NCBI RefSeq assembly: GCF_009914755.1 | Contig: NC_060933.1 | Reading direction: 5' to 3' (one strand) | Source: the human T2T-CHM13v2.0 reference genome, Homo sapiens | DNA: 64,000 bases | Shown: positions 18,317 through 33,043 of the stretch, one piece after another | Numbering within the stretch: the stretch's first letter is position 1 | How the letters are laid out: each line of letters opens with the position of its first letter | Notes under the pieces: generated by a model | Told to the model about the DNA's origin: nothing | The model's database searches: none | What the model saw: the letters and a program-made list of their open reading frames with translations, nothing else | Made by a program: the position numbers and the translations under genes

Positions 18317-19342
18317 AGGAGATAGAATTTTTCACAAAAATAACTCATACCAGAAACTTTGTAGGCCCCCCCCGATGCCCATAATCTTTAGGAAACAAAC
18401 TCTAGTGTCACCTATTTCCTGATACCTTCTGTAACGACCAGGTCATATTCTGAGTTCCTACAGCACTCAGTGTTTCTCATCGGAGCTGTAGCAATGGAGT
18501 AATAAATGGCACTGCTCAGGAAGAGAGAATTCAGAAAGAAAAGAGCAGGGCCTAGAAAAGGAACAAACTTATCGGATGTGTAGAGAAAGAATCTGCAAAG
18601 CAAGTAATAAAATCCAGAAAAACGTGGTATCATGGTGGTCACAAAAAAAAGAGTGGTTAAATTTTCGAAAATGGAGACAAACCACTCACCATGATCGTGC
18701 CATCTGAATAGAAACACAGAAATGACGACAAAAAAATGGCTAAAGAAAGAAGGTCAACAACCATGTCCAATGCTTTGGATATTAAGAAGTGTTCAGATGG
18801 ATTTAGCAAGTAGAAAGTCACTGACACTTGGTGCACAACCAGACCTCAATGTATTTAGGAGGAAACTGTTATTTTGGAACAATTGAAAGCTTTCATTTGG
18901 CTGAGAAATATCAACTCATTCTTAAATAGGTATGTTAGAAGGAGCCTCTGGGCCTGATATCTCCTTGATTACAAGGAAAATGAATAATAGTTGCATCTGA
19001 TAACCATGACATATCACCCCTATGTTTGCTTGTAGCTTTCAGCAGCTCAGAACATGGTTGAAAACACTCATTATCCCAATATCCCCAACAGGGAAGTGTT
19101 AAAACCTGCCTTGTGCAACTGTCAATCTCTGATGATTAGATAAAAACAATTATGTCATGAGTTGTAGCTATTGTTATTTACTTCCCAAGAGCCAGATTAC
19201 ACAGGTATCTGATTGCTGAAGCAATGTCTGGATGTACCACGAAATTCCACATGCATGTACAGTATAAACACCTCTGGCTATCACCTTATCTAATTTTGAT
19301 CAGATACAGGTTAATCCCCTCCTGTATCTTTATATGTCCTGA

Positions 19343-19732
<390 letters not shown>

Positions 19733-19958
19733 TCAGGTTTTGCAAGTTTCACCACATTTCCTCAACTAAACTTCATTTTACCACCCAAGCAAACTTCATT
19801 ATAATTATTTTATTTTTCTGATGACATCAGATTTCTGTAGGGGTACCTATTAGCTAGAGATACTTAGATTTTATTTTCCCAGCATGTGACTATTTCCCAT
19901 TCTATACAACACAATGGCAAGAGCAGGAGTATGTTTTTGGACAATTAAAGAGAGAAAA

Positions 19959-20285
<327 letters not shown>

Positions 20286-20479
20286 TCAGCTTCATTTAGA
20301 TTTCTATTATTCTTCTCTGATCCATATAGTGGATGTTCACAGAAGTGTAGGAACCAAAACTATGCAAGTTAAACTGTTAATTTTAGAAGTTTATAGCAGT
20401 GATGTGGAAGGCTGACCAAAGTTGGCGCTTTGGTCTCACTATAAGCCATAGTAATAAATACATTAACAATGTCCACAAA

Positions 20480-20690
20480 CAACAGTAGACACCATTTAGT
20501 AAGGGCTTGCTCCAAGCCAGGCACTGTTTTCAGCTTAAGTCTCACAGCCTTGTGAAGTAGATTCTGTCCCATCTTAGAGCAAGTTGGTCTGAGGATCCTC
20601 AAGGGTAAGGTCTCTTGCCAAAGGTCAGCAGAGGTAGTGAGTTCAGAACTGGGATTTAAATCCAGGCTGTTCTATTTCTATTCCACAATT
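20480..20690 (-). mobile_element. MIR
   Basis: gccaggcactgtt...cacagccttgtgaagtag...aaggtcagcag...ctgggatttaaatccagg. Confidence 0.65.
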
Positions 20691-20787
20691 CTGCCTCAGC
20701 TGCTTCTCTACATTTTAGGCACACGTTTGAATACTGAAAATTTGGGTCACAGAGTTGGAGATGTTTCTTCTTCTAGGCCCCAAACCG

Positions 20788-20950
20788 GAGCGGGGTGCAG
20801 TGGCTCAAGCCTGTAATCCGCACTACTTGGGAAGCTGAGGCGGGAGGATCGCTTGAGCTCAGGAGTTTGAAGATACAGTCAGCTATGATCCTGCCACTGC
20901 ACTCTAGCCTGGGCAACAGAACAAGATCCTATCTCTAAAAAAAAAAAAAA
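20788..20950 (+). mobile_element. FRAM/FAM-type ancient Alu monomer
   Basis: ggaggatcgcttgagctcaggagtt...cagtcagctatgatc...gccactgcactc, poly-A. Confidence 0.8.
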
Positions 20951-21469
20951 TTAAAATTTTAACACAAGGGCCCAAACAAGTCAACAGTAATTACAACATG
21001 ATCTTTACTACTGTCTAATAACATCTCGCAGTGCTTTAAACATACGTAGTTACCATTCTGTCCACTTGGTTGCCTGTAATATTAACTCAGTAAGTAGGAA
21101 TACTTCCTGCCCTGACTAATATACTCATAAATATATGCTCCAAGTCAAGGGTCTTGCAGGTTCTGATTTAAAAAACACAATTTTTTTGAGGGTCACTGGC
21201 TTTACATTATCTCATTCTTTTCAAGTTCCTTTGTACGTAAAACATCCTATGCTCAGTTATATGATCTGTTCAACCTCCTGCTTGACAGATATGAAAACAG
21301 TGCTCTCATGTAATTTATGTAATTTACATTTTTACATATTTAGCAGTACACCTTTGTGCTATGTTATATTGTTTGAGAACTAATCTGTTTTTCTGATGGC
21401 TGGAAGTCTAAGTGAAAAGATTATACATGAAAATAATTCATGTTTATTATCACTAGGAGAAAGTAAGAC

Positions 21470-22540
21470 AATTTAGTTTGATTCACAAGCATTTGAATCC
21501 CTATTGTGTCAGACATTGTATTGGAAACTGGGGATACAAGGAAGATATAACCTCATCTCTCAGAGTTCCCTAGTTATCCCATACATATATACAATTATTA
21601 TTTGTCAATTAAATTTTTTTTAAAAATTTAGAAAGGAGTTTCCAAGTAAGAAAAAATCATAGCGAAATGGTATAATTGGTATAATAACAGTTAATTAGCT
21701 ATAGTATGAAAATACAGAGGAAGATCTAACTAAGTTGGGGATTATTAAAGAAAATTTAAATTAGCTGGGTGTGGCGGCAGACGCCTGTAACCCCAGCTAC
21801 TTGGGAGGCTGAGGCAGGAGAATTGCTTGAACTCAGGTGGTGGAGGTTGCAGTGAGATGAGATCACTGGGTAACAGAACAAGACTCCGTCTCAAATAAAA
21901 TAAAATAAAAAATAAAGAAAATTGGACAGAGATGTGGCATTTGAACTGTCTTTCAGATTAAGAAGAAAGTTACTAGTTAGCCAATTCAAATATAAGATTT
22001 ACAAACAGAGTACAGCATGAGCAAAGGTGTGGAGGTACAAAAAGAATAATGTTTTTGAGGGGAGAATAGCAAGTACTCTGGGGGTGGCCAAAGTTTGAGT
22101 TGTGTGGTTTTGGTGGTGGATGGAGATGCAGGAAGATTAGGAAGTAGATTGAGATCAGATTGAGAAAGGTCTTCCAGACCAGATGAAAAATTTTGCCATA
22201 TTTAGGCAATAGGGAGCCCCAGAAATTGTTCAGCCATCATCAGCTTTACATTTCACTATGGTAATTTGGCTTCATAAGAAGCATGGGTTGGAGGTTGATA
22301 AGAGCAGACTCCAAGGGGCCAATTCATTAAACTCAACTGCCAATAATGCAAGAGACAATGAAAGCCAGAATGAACACAGTGACCATGGATGCCAGAGGCA
22401 TTTCTAGGATTTTTGTAGAGGACTTAAGAGACCATTTGGGAGGGGAGGAAGGCAGAAGATAAGGGGAAAGAAGGAGTTGATATCTTTGATGACTGATGGC
22501 ACTTTTGCTAAGATGAAGAATAAATGGTAGCAAGAATAAA
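21470..22540 (-). mobile_element. L2 fragments (interrupted)
   Basis: Purine-rich antisense L2 motifs (ggcatttgaactg...gagcaaaggtgtggagg...ggcaatagggagcc...gatggcactttt). Confidence 0.55.
21759..21913 (+). mobile_element. 5'-truncated Alu (right arm only)
   Basis: Starts at linker; TSD aaagaaaatt. Confidence 0.85.
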
Positions 22541-22542
22541 TT

Positions 22543-22851
22543 GACTGGGCGCAGTGGCTCATGCCTGTAATCCAACCATTTTGGGAGGCTGAGATGGGTG
22601 CATCACCTGAGGCCAGGAGCTCGAGACCAGCCTGGCCAACATGGTGAAACCCCATCTCTACTAAAAATAAAAAAAATTAGCTGGGCATGGTGGCGGGTGC
22701 CTGTAATCCCAGCTATTCGGGAGGCTGAGGCAGGAGAATCGCTTGAACCTCGAAGGTGGAGGCTGCAGTGAACGAGATCAAGTTATTGCATTCCAGCCTG
22801 GACAACAGGAGCAAAACTCTGGCTCAAAAAAAAAAAAAAAAAAAAAAAAAA
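22543..22851 (+). mobile_element. AluS
   Basis: Full dimer, long poly-A. Confidence 0.92.
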
Positions 22852-24528
22852 GTATAAATTTGGGGAGGGGAGGAGATATAGGATTCCTATTGGAATGTAT
22901 TGAGTTTGAGATTCCAGCCTGGACATATGGCACTCTTGAATTGTTTCCTAGGCGATCATATCACTGTCTTGATGATATCTTTAATCACACATATCACTTG
23001 TGGGGAAAGAAGAAACTTCAAGAGTTTTACACACCAATCCTTTACTTTGCCATCTAGACAAATTATATTTTTACCAATGCCATTTTTTGTTGTTATTTTG
23101 TGGGTTCTGCTTAAAACTTCCCCTATATTTTTCTAATTATGGTAACCTAGGGAAAACATCAAATTATGTTGATAAAATTGGCTACAATCTGGCTCTAATG
23201 ATAATAGCTTAGAATCATGAAGCAGCAATATTTTATCCTGAGAGCAAACAAACTTTATCCTGAACACATGTGTTCTTTTGCCTTATTCATCTAATATTAC
23301 TTGAAACTTTTATTTTTCCACTTTGAATAGTAGATTCTGCCAAGTGTTTTAAAAGCTTTTCTCTTTTTAGGGGAGGAGGGGAACAGCTTTTCTCCCTTTT
23401 GTCTGATAACTGAGGAGTGAAGATTTAATTGGTGAGAAAAATATACACACTATAAACCTCAGAATGTTCCCACTGCTTTTAATGTTTGATGTGCCTGACA
23501 GATTACCCTTTCAAAACAGATAATAGGATAGGTGGTGCTGGAAAAAAACTTTTCCATCCAAGACAAAACCACATGGACATTGAAAAGAACTGGCATTTGC
23601 CTAGACATTTAGTGGGGGACATGTCCTTAGGGCACAGATTCCATAGTGAAAGGCTCTTCTCCCCCTTCCACACACTCCAGCTCTCTCTAGAAGGTATAAT
23701 GGAAAGAACTCTGAGCAAGAATCAGGAAGTTGGCCTTTGTTCCTGACTGTGCCACTTTGTGGAACTGGGCAGAACTTACCTCATTCTGTGCTTTAGCAGC
23801 TTCATTTGCAAAAATTAATGATTACCTCAAATGATTTCTGATTTTAGCCAAAATTAAATACAGTAGTTTTAAAACAACTGCTACATATTAACTACTTACG
23901 TATGTAATTTTGCACTCAAAATAAATTATATTATGGAAAAGAAACTCAACCTATGTTAACCATCCCTGTACTGATGAGGAAACTAAGACTTAGGAAAAAG
24001 AAGTGATTTACTCAGTATTGGGCAGTTAGTGAGCATTTTTGAGCCAAGGTCTTACTTTAACCAGAGACCTTTGCATAATATTGTACTGTTACTAAACACT
24101 TTCTATTATTTGACTAGAGGAACACAACATATTGATGCATTTGAAACAATAAAATAATAAATATTTTTCCTTACCCTCGGCAGAAACAGGATGATGAGAA
24201 ACATTGACTAAAAATTTAATCAAGCTTTAAGGACAAATAGTATCACAGTTTTGAATAGGAGATTGGGTACCTTGGAAGTAATTATGAAGAGGTGTTTTAA
24301 CTCAGCAGTAGGCTCTTTCTTATTCCTGCTAGGAATGAAGAAGCACAAATTGAAAGTGAAGAAGGAGGAAATAAAACACTGACTCTATGTGTAAGAAAGG
24401 TGACTTGCAAATTATGAGGCAGTTAGGAAAATGTTTATTTTTTCTTATTTTATAGGCTGTATATATTTGAGAATTAATAATTGTCCTTTGGAGGGTGTGT
24501 GTGTATGTGTATGTTGGAGCTTTGTGTG

Positions 24529-24891
24529 TGTTTTAGTCCATTTTCCTACTGCTATGTGAAGAAATGCCCGAGACGGTAATTTATAAAGAAAAAGAGGTTT
24601 AACGGACTCACCGTTCCACATGGCTGTGGAGGCCTCACAATCATGGTGGAAGGTGAAGGAGGAGCAAAGGCACATCTTACATGGTGGCAGGCAAGAGCGT
24701 GTGTGCAGGGGAATTGCCCTTTATAAAACCATCGGATCTCACGAGACTTATTCACTATCACAAGGACAGCATGGGAAAAACTTATTCCCATGATTCAATT
24801 ACCTCCCACCAGCTCCCCTCAAGACACATGGGGATTATGGGAGCTACAATTCAAGATGAGATTTGGGTGGGGACACAGCCAAACTGTATCA
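24529..24891 (-). mobile_element. THE1B-like solo LTR (MaLR)
   Basis: gtaatttataaagaaaaagaggtttaa...ggaggcctcacaatcatgg...gagatttgggtggggacacagccaaac...atca; TSD gtgtg/gtatg. Confidence 0.9.
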
Positions 24892-24975
24892 GTATGCCTG
24901 TGTGTATGCATGTGCACGTATATAAATTTTTTCACTAGTGACTGATGGACCATCTATAAAATAAACAAAAGAGAA

Positions 24976-25230
24976 GAGACAGGGTCTCACTTTGCCTCCT
25001 AGGCTGGAATACAATGGCATGACCATAGCTCATTGCAGCCTCTAATTCCTGGGCTCAAGTGATCCTCCCTTCTGAGTAGCTGGGATTACAGGCACGTGCC
25101 ATTATGCCCAACTAATGTTTTGTTTGTTTGTTGTGGAGATGGGAGATGGGAGTACTGCTATGTTACTCAGGCTGGTCTTGAACTCACTCCTGGCCTTAAG
25201 TGATCCTCTGGCTTTAGCATCCTAAACCAC
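24976..25230 (-). mobile_element. AluJ, diverged
   Basis: catagctcattgcagcctc...cctgggctcaagtgatcctc. Confidence 0.8.
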
Positions 25231-25390
25231 TACAATCTTAAAAAGGACCAGTTTCCTGGATTACCTCTCTCCCTCCATCATCCACTATCTGCCGTCAACT
25301 CTATAGAGTCAAGGGCTATCCCTGCCTTTTCAATAGAAGCCCTCAAGAAGTCACTCCATAGGGACTATCTTGGGCTTTGGGAAGTGTACA

Positions 25391-25407
25391 GGGTTGGGGT
25401 GGGTGGG
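25391..25407 (+). other. G-quadruplex-forming motif
   Basis: GGGTTGGGGTGGGTGGG, four G3+ runs with 1-2 nt loops. Confidence 0.7.
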
Positions 25408-25679
25408 AAGGTGAGGAGGAAAGGCCACTGTTTCAGGTGGGGTTGGAGGGAGATGGAAAATGGACCACAGAGGTTCAGAGAACAGGCCCTTTGTGGAAAG
25501 GGAGAGACCAAATAATGCTGCGCTGTGAAAGGTGAAACAGGCTGCAAACAGAAGGAGCCCACAGGAAGCCCTGCTCTGAGCAGCTGAACATTCTGGGGTC
25601 CTCAGACTCCGATAAAAAAGCACATTTAGCCTACAGCTTTATGCCCTTCCTCCTACCCTTGTGGACTCTGCCACAGACA

Positions 25680-26270
25680 TGCCCTCCAAATTGATTCTAT
25701 CCACTTGTCTCTAGTCTACTGCTACTATTTTAGTCTAAGGCCTTCTCCCCGCTTTCCTGGGTTATGGTCACAGACTCCTATCTGAGTTCCCAGCACCAGG
25801 TGCCCAGTTGTTTTCATCTCTTAACACATTCCACATATTATAGCAAGAGAGATCTTTCTCAAATGCAAATCAGACCTTGTTGCATCCCAATCTCAACCCC
25901 TTTAGTTGCTCTTCTCTTTGCCCTCATGGTCAAGTTCAAGCTCTCTAGTGTGGGGGCAGATGTTCCTTTATAATTTTTCTGCTTATGTCTCCTGCCTCAG
26001 GCCTCACAATTCTCCACCTCACAGATGATGTCTCAGCCATGATGAGTTCCTCTCAAATCCTTTAGGTTTCAGAGATGTCATTTCCCCTGGGAACATTTTC
26101 CTGACTCCTCGTTCCAAGCATATGTCTGTCTTTATGTTCCCATAGCACCTGATCATTGGATCATGGTAGGGTTTATCACGGTCTCGTATTTGTCTGCTTA
26201 CTTGTCTGTATTCTTCACTTCTCAAATATGTCTTCTTTGTTCATCACTGTAACTCCTTTCCCCAGAATGT
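25680..26270 (+). mobile_element. L2 fragment
   Basis: agcaagagagatctttctcaaatgcaaatcagacc...tgttcccatagcacct... Confidence 0.65.
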
Positions 26271-26329
26271 TCTCAGATATTTACACCCATCTTCCCTCTC
26301 TGTGAAGGGAATAAATGGATATATAACAC

Positions 26330-26690
26330 TGTATTAGTCCATTCTCATGCCACTATGAAGAAATATCCAAGACTGGGTAATTTATAAAGAAAAGAGGTTT
26401 AAATGATTACAGTTCTGCATGGTTGGGGAGAACTCAGGAAACTTACAATTATGGCAGAGGCACCTCTTCACGGGGTGGCGGGAGAGAGAATAAGTGCAAG
26501 TAGGAGAAATGCCAGATGCTTCTAAAACTATCAGATCTCATGAGACTCACTCACTATCACAAGAACAGCACGGGGGAAACCGCCCCCCATGATCCGATTG
26601 CCTCTACCTGGTTCCACCCTAGACATGGTGATTATGGGAATTAAAATCCAAGGTGAAATTTTGGTGGGGATACAGAGCCAAACCATATTA
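26330..26690 (-). mobile_element. THE1D-like solo LTR (MaLR)
   Basis: tgtattagtccattctca...caggaaacttacaa...gaaatgccagatgctt...cagagccaaaccata; TSD aacac/agcac. Confidence 0.88.
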
Positions 26691-27968
26691 AGCACCATCC
26701 TCAAAATAGCCTTCCAGCTGAAGACAGCTAAGGCACTCATGTAGTCTTATTTTGTCTCAGACAAATAATTTTACCTTTGAATCATTGTTCATTAATCTAG
26801 ATTTTAACCTGAGGCCCTAAAAATTGTTTATCATCTTCTGGGAGATCTTACTCCTAGATGGTGTTTTATTCCACAGGTTAAATTTAAACTTGGGCCAAAT
26901 CTCCATCCTTGTGGCCTGTGAGTACTGAATTTGGGACTGAAAGCCTGGGACTAACTGGAAGTGTGGAAAAGGAGGAGGGTGTGGCGCTGCCCTCAATGAT
27001 TTTTTTTTTTTTTTTAGGATTTCTGGTGGAAAAGGAGAGACACTCAGGAATCCCCAGATAAACATGGTTTAGCTTTTGTAGTCAGATCCTTTCCCCAAAT
27101 TTACTGCTTCTTTCTCCACCACTTCTCAACCCCCCAAACTGAACTTGCCTCTTCAACACACTCCCTTGTGCCCTATAGACAGTCACAAGCTTGACCTATA
27201 GAGAGCATGTATTTCTTGAGGCAACGAAGGTAGGAAACCCTATTCTAAAATGTTTCTTACACTTTTGGCTCTGTCTAAATTCTCCATTTTTCAATTAAAA
27301 TGGAAACGAGATTAGAATTCTATTCTAGTTATGAATATAATCAGAACACAATAAAGCAGAAAGATTGCTTCAGGCTCTTCTGTTAACGTTACATTTATTC
27401 AACAACTCTTTATGGGGACTTGCTATGAGTGAGGCACCAGGCTAGGCACCGCAGCTACAAAGGTGAAGAGAACATAGGCTCTTCTTCAAAGAAACTTACA
27501 CTGTAAGCTTTATAGTTATGAAATCATGATTGCTTACCTTAAATGTTCTTGACCTACATTCTTAGATATTTTGAGTCTTGAGAAATTTGTTTATTTTTTT
27601 CATTATTATACAATGTCAATTAGCTCAGTGGAATCCAAGATGTTCGGCTAGCCTTCTGATCCAAGATAGTGGACCAAACATTTGTATTTACTCATTGTGC
27701 CCCTCCATACTTCTCTGAAATAAAAGTGTAGATCTTCAAAATTAAACATATCTATAAAGCAAAGGGAACAGAAGGGGACATTATCAGCAGATTAGACATT
27801 CCAAAAATTTTTTAGAAAATAAAAGCTAAATTGAATAGTAAGACACGGAATTATTAGATGTGTTTGGAAAACCAACAGCATGAACAAGATAATCCAAGAA
27901 AAACAAGTTGTCCCTTGGTGAAAATGGAAGGAATTTGAGAAATATAGAAGTGAACTAAACAATAAATA

Positions 27969-28307
27969 CAGTCATCCCTTGGTATCTGTTGGGGACTGAT
28001 TCCAGGACCTCCCTCAGATACCAAAATTTGGATGCCCAAGTCTCTGATATAAAATGGTACAGTATTTGCATACAGCCTATGCACATCCTACTGTATACTT
28101 TAAATCATCTTTAGATTACTTATAATACCTAATACAATGTAAATGCTTTGTAAATACTTGTTATATTGTATTGTTTAGGGAATAATGAGAGGAAAAAAAG
28201 TCTGTTCATGTTCAGTACAGATGCAACTTTTTTTTTTTCCAGAATATTTTTAACCTATGGTTGGTTGGAATCCACAAATGTAGAACCCGGCTACAGAGAG
28301 CTGACTG
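27969..28307. mobile_element. MER2 (TcMar-Tigger non-autonomous element)
   Basis: cagtcatcccttggtatc...gagctgactg termini, TA TSDs both sides. Confidence 0.88.
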
Positions 28308-28429
28308 TAATTAAAACCAACAGCTTCTATTTGGTATACTGAAAGAGAATTGGGAAATCATTAAATCCATAAAATAAGAACAGGATGGAGTGAAAAAAGC
28401 TGGACTCTGTGACGAAATGGACATATGTA

Positions 28430-29030
28430 TGGATAAGAATCAGGAAAGTTTTCATAAAGGAAGTGCCAAACTGAGCTAGTTGGCCAAATGAACTATTCTC
28501 CAGGTGGATGGGGCAGGGCATTTAGGCAGAGGAAGCAACAAAGCACAGAGTGAAGCCCAGGAAACTACAGGTAGCTGCAGGGAGATGACGGGGCTACAGT
28601 GTGCATGGAGAGAGGCCAACATGGTGAGGTAGGCAGGAGGAGCTCCTGAAGGGCTCCAACCTGGGAAGCCAGGCTAAAGAGATGGCATTCTATCTTGTCA
28701 GTAATAAGAAGCATTGACATTTTGTAGAGATGATGAATTGAGGAAGGGATTTATGTGGTCATTTGTGGTTCTGGCTGATCCCCCTGAGTGCTGTCTGCTA
28801 GAAGGATTCCAAGGGTTAAGTCCTGAGGCGTGAAGAAGAACCGATCTGTAAGATAGCTTAACTAAGGTGGTAGCATTGGGATAAGGGTGTGGGGTGTGTG
28901 TGTGAGGGGGATACAAAGTTATTAAGGTGGTAGAATTGATGGCAACATTCATCTTGACAGAGAATACAGGATGAGGAGCAGATTTCAGAGGAATATAATG
29001 AGCCCTTTTTTAGATCTTTGTGAATGTTCA
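28430..29030 (-). mobile_element. L2 fragment
   Basis: ggcatttaggcagaggaagcaac...gccaggctaaagagatggcattctatc... Confidence 0.6.
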
Positions 29031-29562
29031 GAAATGGCAGCTGGTGTTGCATAATTGCAAAATTAGGGCTTAGTTAGTTATTGGCTTCTGAGAACGTAAC
29101 TGCAGTTTTTTTCTTTCCCTCTGCCCCACTCTTTGAAAGGGGGTGGGGCTCAAAGAGTAGTGTGTGTGTGTGTGTGTGGTAAATACTTATATACAAATTT
29201 CTTTAGATTTTTCTTTATCTCCTTCACTCCTTTTCAACATTTTGGCTGGTTGTTCTGATATTACCAAGGTAATCCACAATTATGGCAAATATTCAAACAA
29301 AGCAAATTATAGAAAGTCCAGAAAAAAAACCTCTGAAATACCTTTTCCAGAGACCACCATCATGAACAGTTTGGTCTACAGAATTACAAATCTTTTGAAG
29401 TATATAGTATATTCTTTTATGTGGCCATTCATTATATTTTATGGGTTCTTAGTATTATTGCTTTTAAATTCATTTCTTATATTTTAAATTTGAAATACTT
29501 CAAAATATGCAGAAAAGTAGAGAAAATAACATTAACACCATATACTTACCATGTAGATTTAA

Positions 29563-29917
<355 letters not shown>

Positions 29918-29949
29918 TAATTTTTCAGATATAGAAAACTACCCAATTA

Positions 29950-30267
<318 letters not shown>

Positions 30268-30354
30268 TTACTATTACTTCTCTCTTTCTCTCTCTCTCTC
30301 TCTGTGTTCTAGAGGTTTGCAGTATCCTGAAGCTGGTGTGAATCAACCTCACGC

Positions 30355-30577
30355 TTTTTTTTTTTTCTTTTTTTTTGAGGTGGAGTCTCGCTCTGTCGCC
30401 CAGGCTGGAGTGCAATGGTGCAATCTTGGCTCACTGCACCTCCACCTCCTGGGTTCAAGTGATTCTCCTGCCTCAGCCTCCCGAGTGGCTGTGATTACAG
30501 GCATACACCGCCATGCCCAGCTAATTTTTTGTATTTTTAGTAAAGATGGGGTTTCACCATGTTGGCCAGGCTGGTCT
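30355..30577 (-). mobile_element. AluS, 5'-truncated
   Basis: Ends at caggctggtct. Confidence 0.9.
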
Positions 30578-30754
30578 ACAAATGTATCTATCCATAAGCA
30601 ATACTGTATATAGTAATATTTTTATTATTCTATTATTTCTATTGAATGTTTATATTCATAGTATCACACTGTACACATCCTTTTGCAATTTGCTTTCTTT
30701 AGAAGCAACAATATATTTTTGAGATTTATCATGTTGCTTTGTGTAGATTGCTTA

Positions 30755-31047
30755 CTTTTTTTTTTTGATGGAGTTTCCCTCTTGTTGCTTAGGCTGGAGT
30801 GCAATGGCGTAATCTCGGCTCACCGCAACCTCTGCCTCCTGGATTCAAGAGATCCTCCTGCCTCAGCCTCTTGAGTAGCTGGGATTACAGGCATGCACTA
30901 CCACACTCGGCTAATTTTGTATTTTTAGTAGAGATGGCCTTTCTCCATGTTGGTCAAGCTGGTCTCGAACTCCCAACCTCAGGTGATCTGCCCGCCTGGG
31001 CCTCCCAAAGTGCTGGGATTACAGGTGTGAGCCACTGTGCTCGGCCA
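30755..31047 (-). mobile_element. AluSp-like
   Basis: ttctccatgttggtca, ctcaccgcaacc. Confidence 0.9.
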
Positions 31048-31112
31048 ATTATTTACTTTTTAATTTATTTTATGATACACAATTTGTCTCTTTATCTCAC
31101 TTTATTTTTTGA

Positions 31113-31367
31113 TTTTTTTTTTTTTAAACCAGGATCTCACTTGGTCACCCAGGCTGGAGTGCAGTGGCGTGATCTCGGCTCACTGCATCCCCTGCCTCCC
31201 AGGTGCAAGCAATTCTCCTGCCTTGGCCTCCTGAGTAGCTAGGACTATAGGGTGTACCACCACATCTGGTTAAGTTTTGTATTTTAGTAGAGATGGTATT
31301 TTGTCATATTGGCCAGGCTGGTCTTGAACTGCTGGCTTCGAGCAATTTGCCCGCCTTGGCCTCCAAA
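31113..31367 (-). mobile_element. 5'-truncated Alu (AluJb/S)
   Basis: TSD ctcactttatttttt 31096-31110/31368-31382. Confidence 0.88.
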
Positions 31368-31616
31368 CTCACTTTATTTTTTAGATATTGTTAACGGTAC
31401 TATGGGCAGTATCCTTGAACATCTCTCTTTGTATAAATGTGAAAGACATTCATAGACATGGGACTAAAGGAGGTGCCCATAGTCAACCATGCTAGGCATT
31501 GACAAATGGCTTCCTAAAGGGGTAATACCTGTGTACATTGCCACTAGCAATTTGTACACTTTCTTGATTCCTTTCACTCTTGTCAAAACTTACTCTTTTT
31601 TAAATTTAAAATTATT

Positions 31617-31928
<312 letters not shown>

Positions 31929-32689
31929 TCAATATTGTTGGTTATGAAATGCTATCTCATTATTGTTTAAAGAGGCATTTCCCTTGATAACTAGTGAGGT
32001 TGAATTTTGTTTTCCAGATGTGCATGAGCCATTGGTTTTTTTCTGTTATGCATTTTCTATTCATATACTTTGACCACATGATATGTGCCTGGTCATAACC
32101 CATCAAACTCTTCTTTCTCTCAGATACTTCACTTTATGGAAATCTTTTTCACGTTTATCCCTCAAACCCAGAATTTTGAGTGTCATACCTGTTCTAACAT
32201 AAATTTGAGGAAAATGAAGTCTAATTCAGAATAAAGAACTATATAAGCAGATGGACAGTGTGTTCTCCTCTAAATAGGGGTGCTGGGATAAGAGGCGGTA
32301 GGATAAATGCACAGCCTCAAAATCCACCACCCACTAAAGACCTCACAGTACATGATGACATTAGCATGCTGTGCCAGCATTTCTACCTACCACGATGACC
32401 TGGAATGAAGGACAAAAGGGGCAATTGTTAAGTCCTGTGCGTAAACTTTGGAAGAGAACATACCTTGCTTTAAACCATTAAGGGGGCAGGCAATAGATTC
32501 CTGTACAGGGTGGCTTAGCCAAAAGTGGCTGGTCTTGTTCTCATTTATATGGTTTATAATGATTCTAAATCATTCTCGGAGAAAAACAGACTCATTTCAT
32601 CTCCCTTTAATTAGGATTTCTGTTACTGCAATATTTTAGTGGCATTTATGTCAAATGTTTTCTTTTGAGAACTTCTCCCTTTTACTGTC

Positions 32690-33043
32690 TTTTTTCTTTT
32701 ATTTTAAACTTTTATTTTAGGTTAGGGGGTACATGTGAAAATTGGTTACATAGGTAAACTCATGTCAAGAGGGTTTGTTGTACGGATGATTCATCACCCA
32801 GGGATTAAGCTCAGTACTCAATAGTTATCTTTTCTGCTCCTCTCCCTCCTCCTACTTTCCACCCTCAAGTAGACCCCAGAGTCTGTTGTTTTCTTCTTTG
32901 TGTTCATAAGTTCTCATAATTTAGCTCCCACTTATATGTGAGAACACGCAGTATTTGATTTTCTGTTCCTGCGTTAGTTTGCTGATGATAATAGCCTCCA
33001 GCTCCATCCATGTTCCTGCAAAAGCCATGATCTTGTTCCTTTT
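32690..33043 (-). mobile_element. L1PA (L1PA15/16-like) 3' end, truncated
   Basis: ggttacataggtaaactcatgtc...caagtagacccca...ttagctcccacttata...ccatgttcctgcaaa. Confidence 0.85.

Noticed and set aside
20788-20950. Possible 7SL RNA gene or pseudogene
   Set aside because: Lacks the SRP S-domain; matches a fossil Alu monomer.
24529-26690. Possible intact THE1 provirus between two LTRs
   Set aside because: The LTRs are different subfamilies with separate TSDs, and the interval holds AluJ/L2, not THE1 internal sequence.
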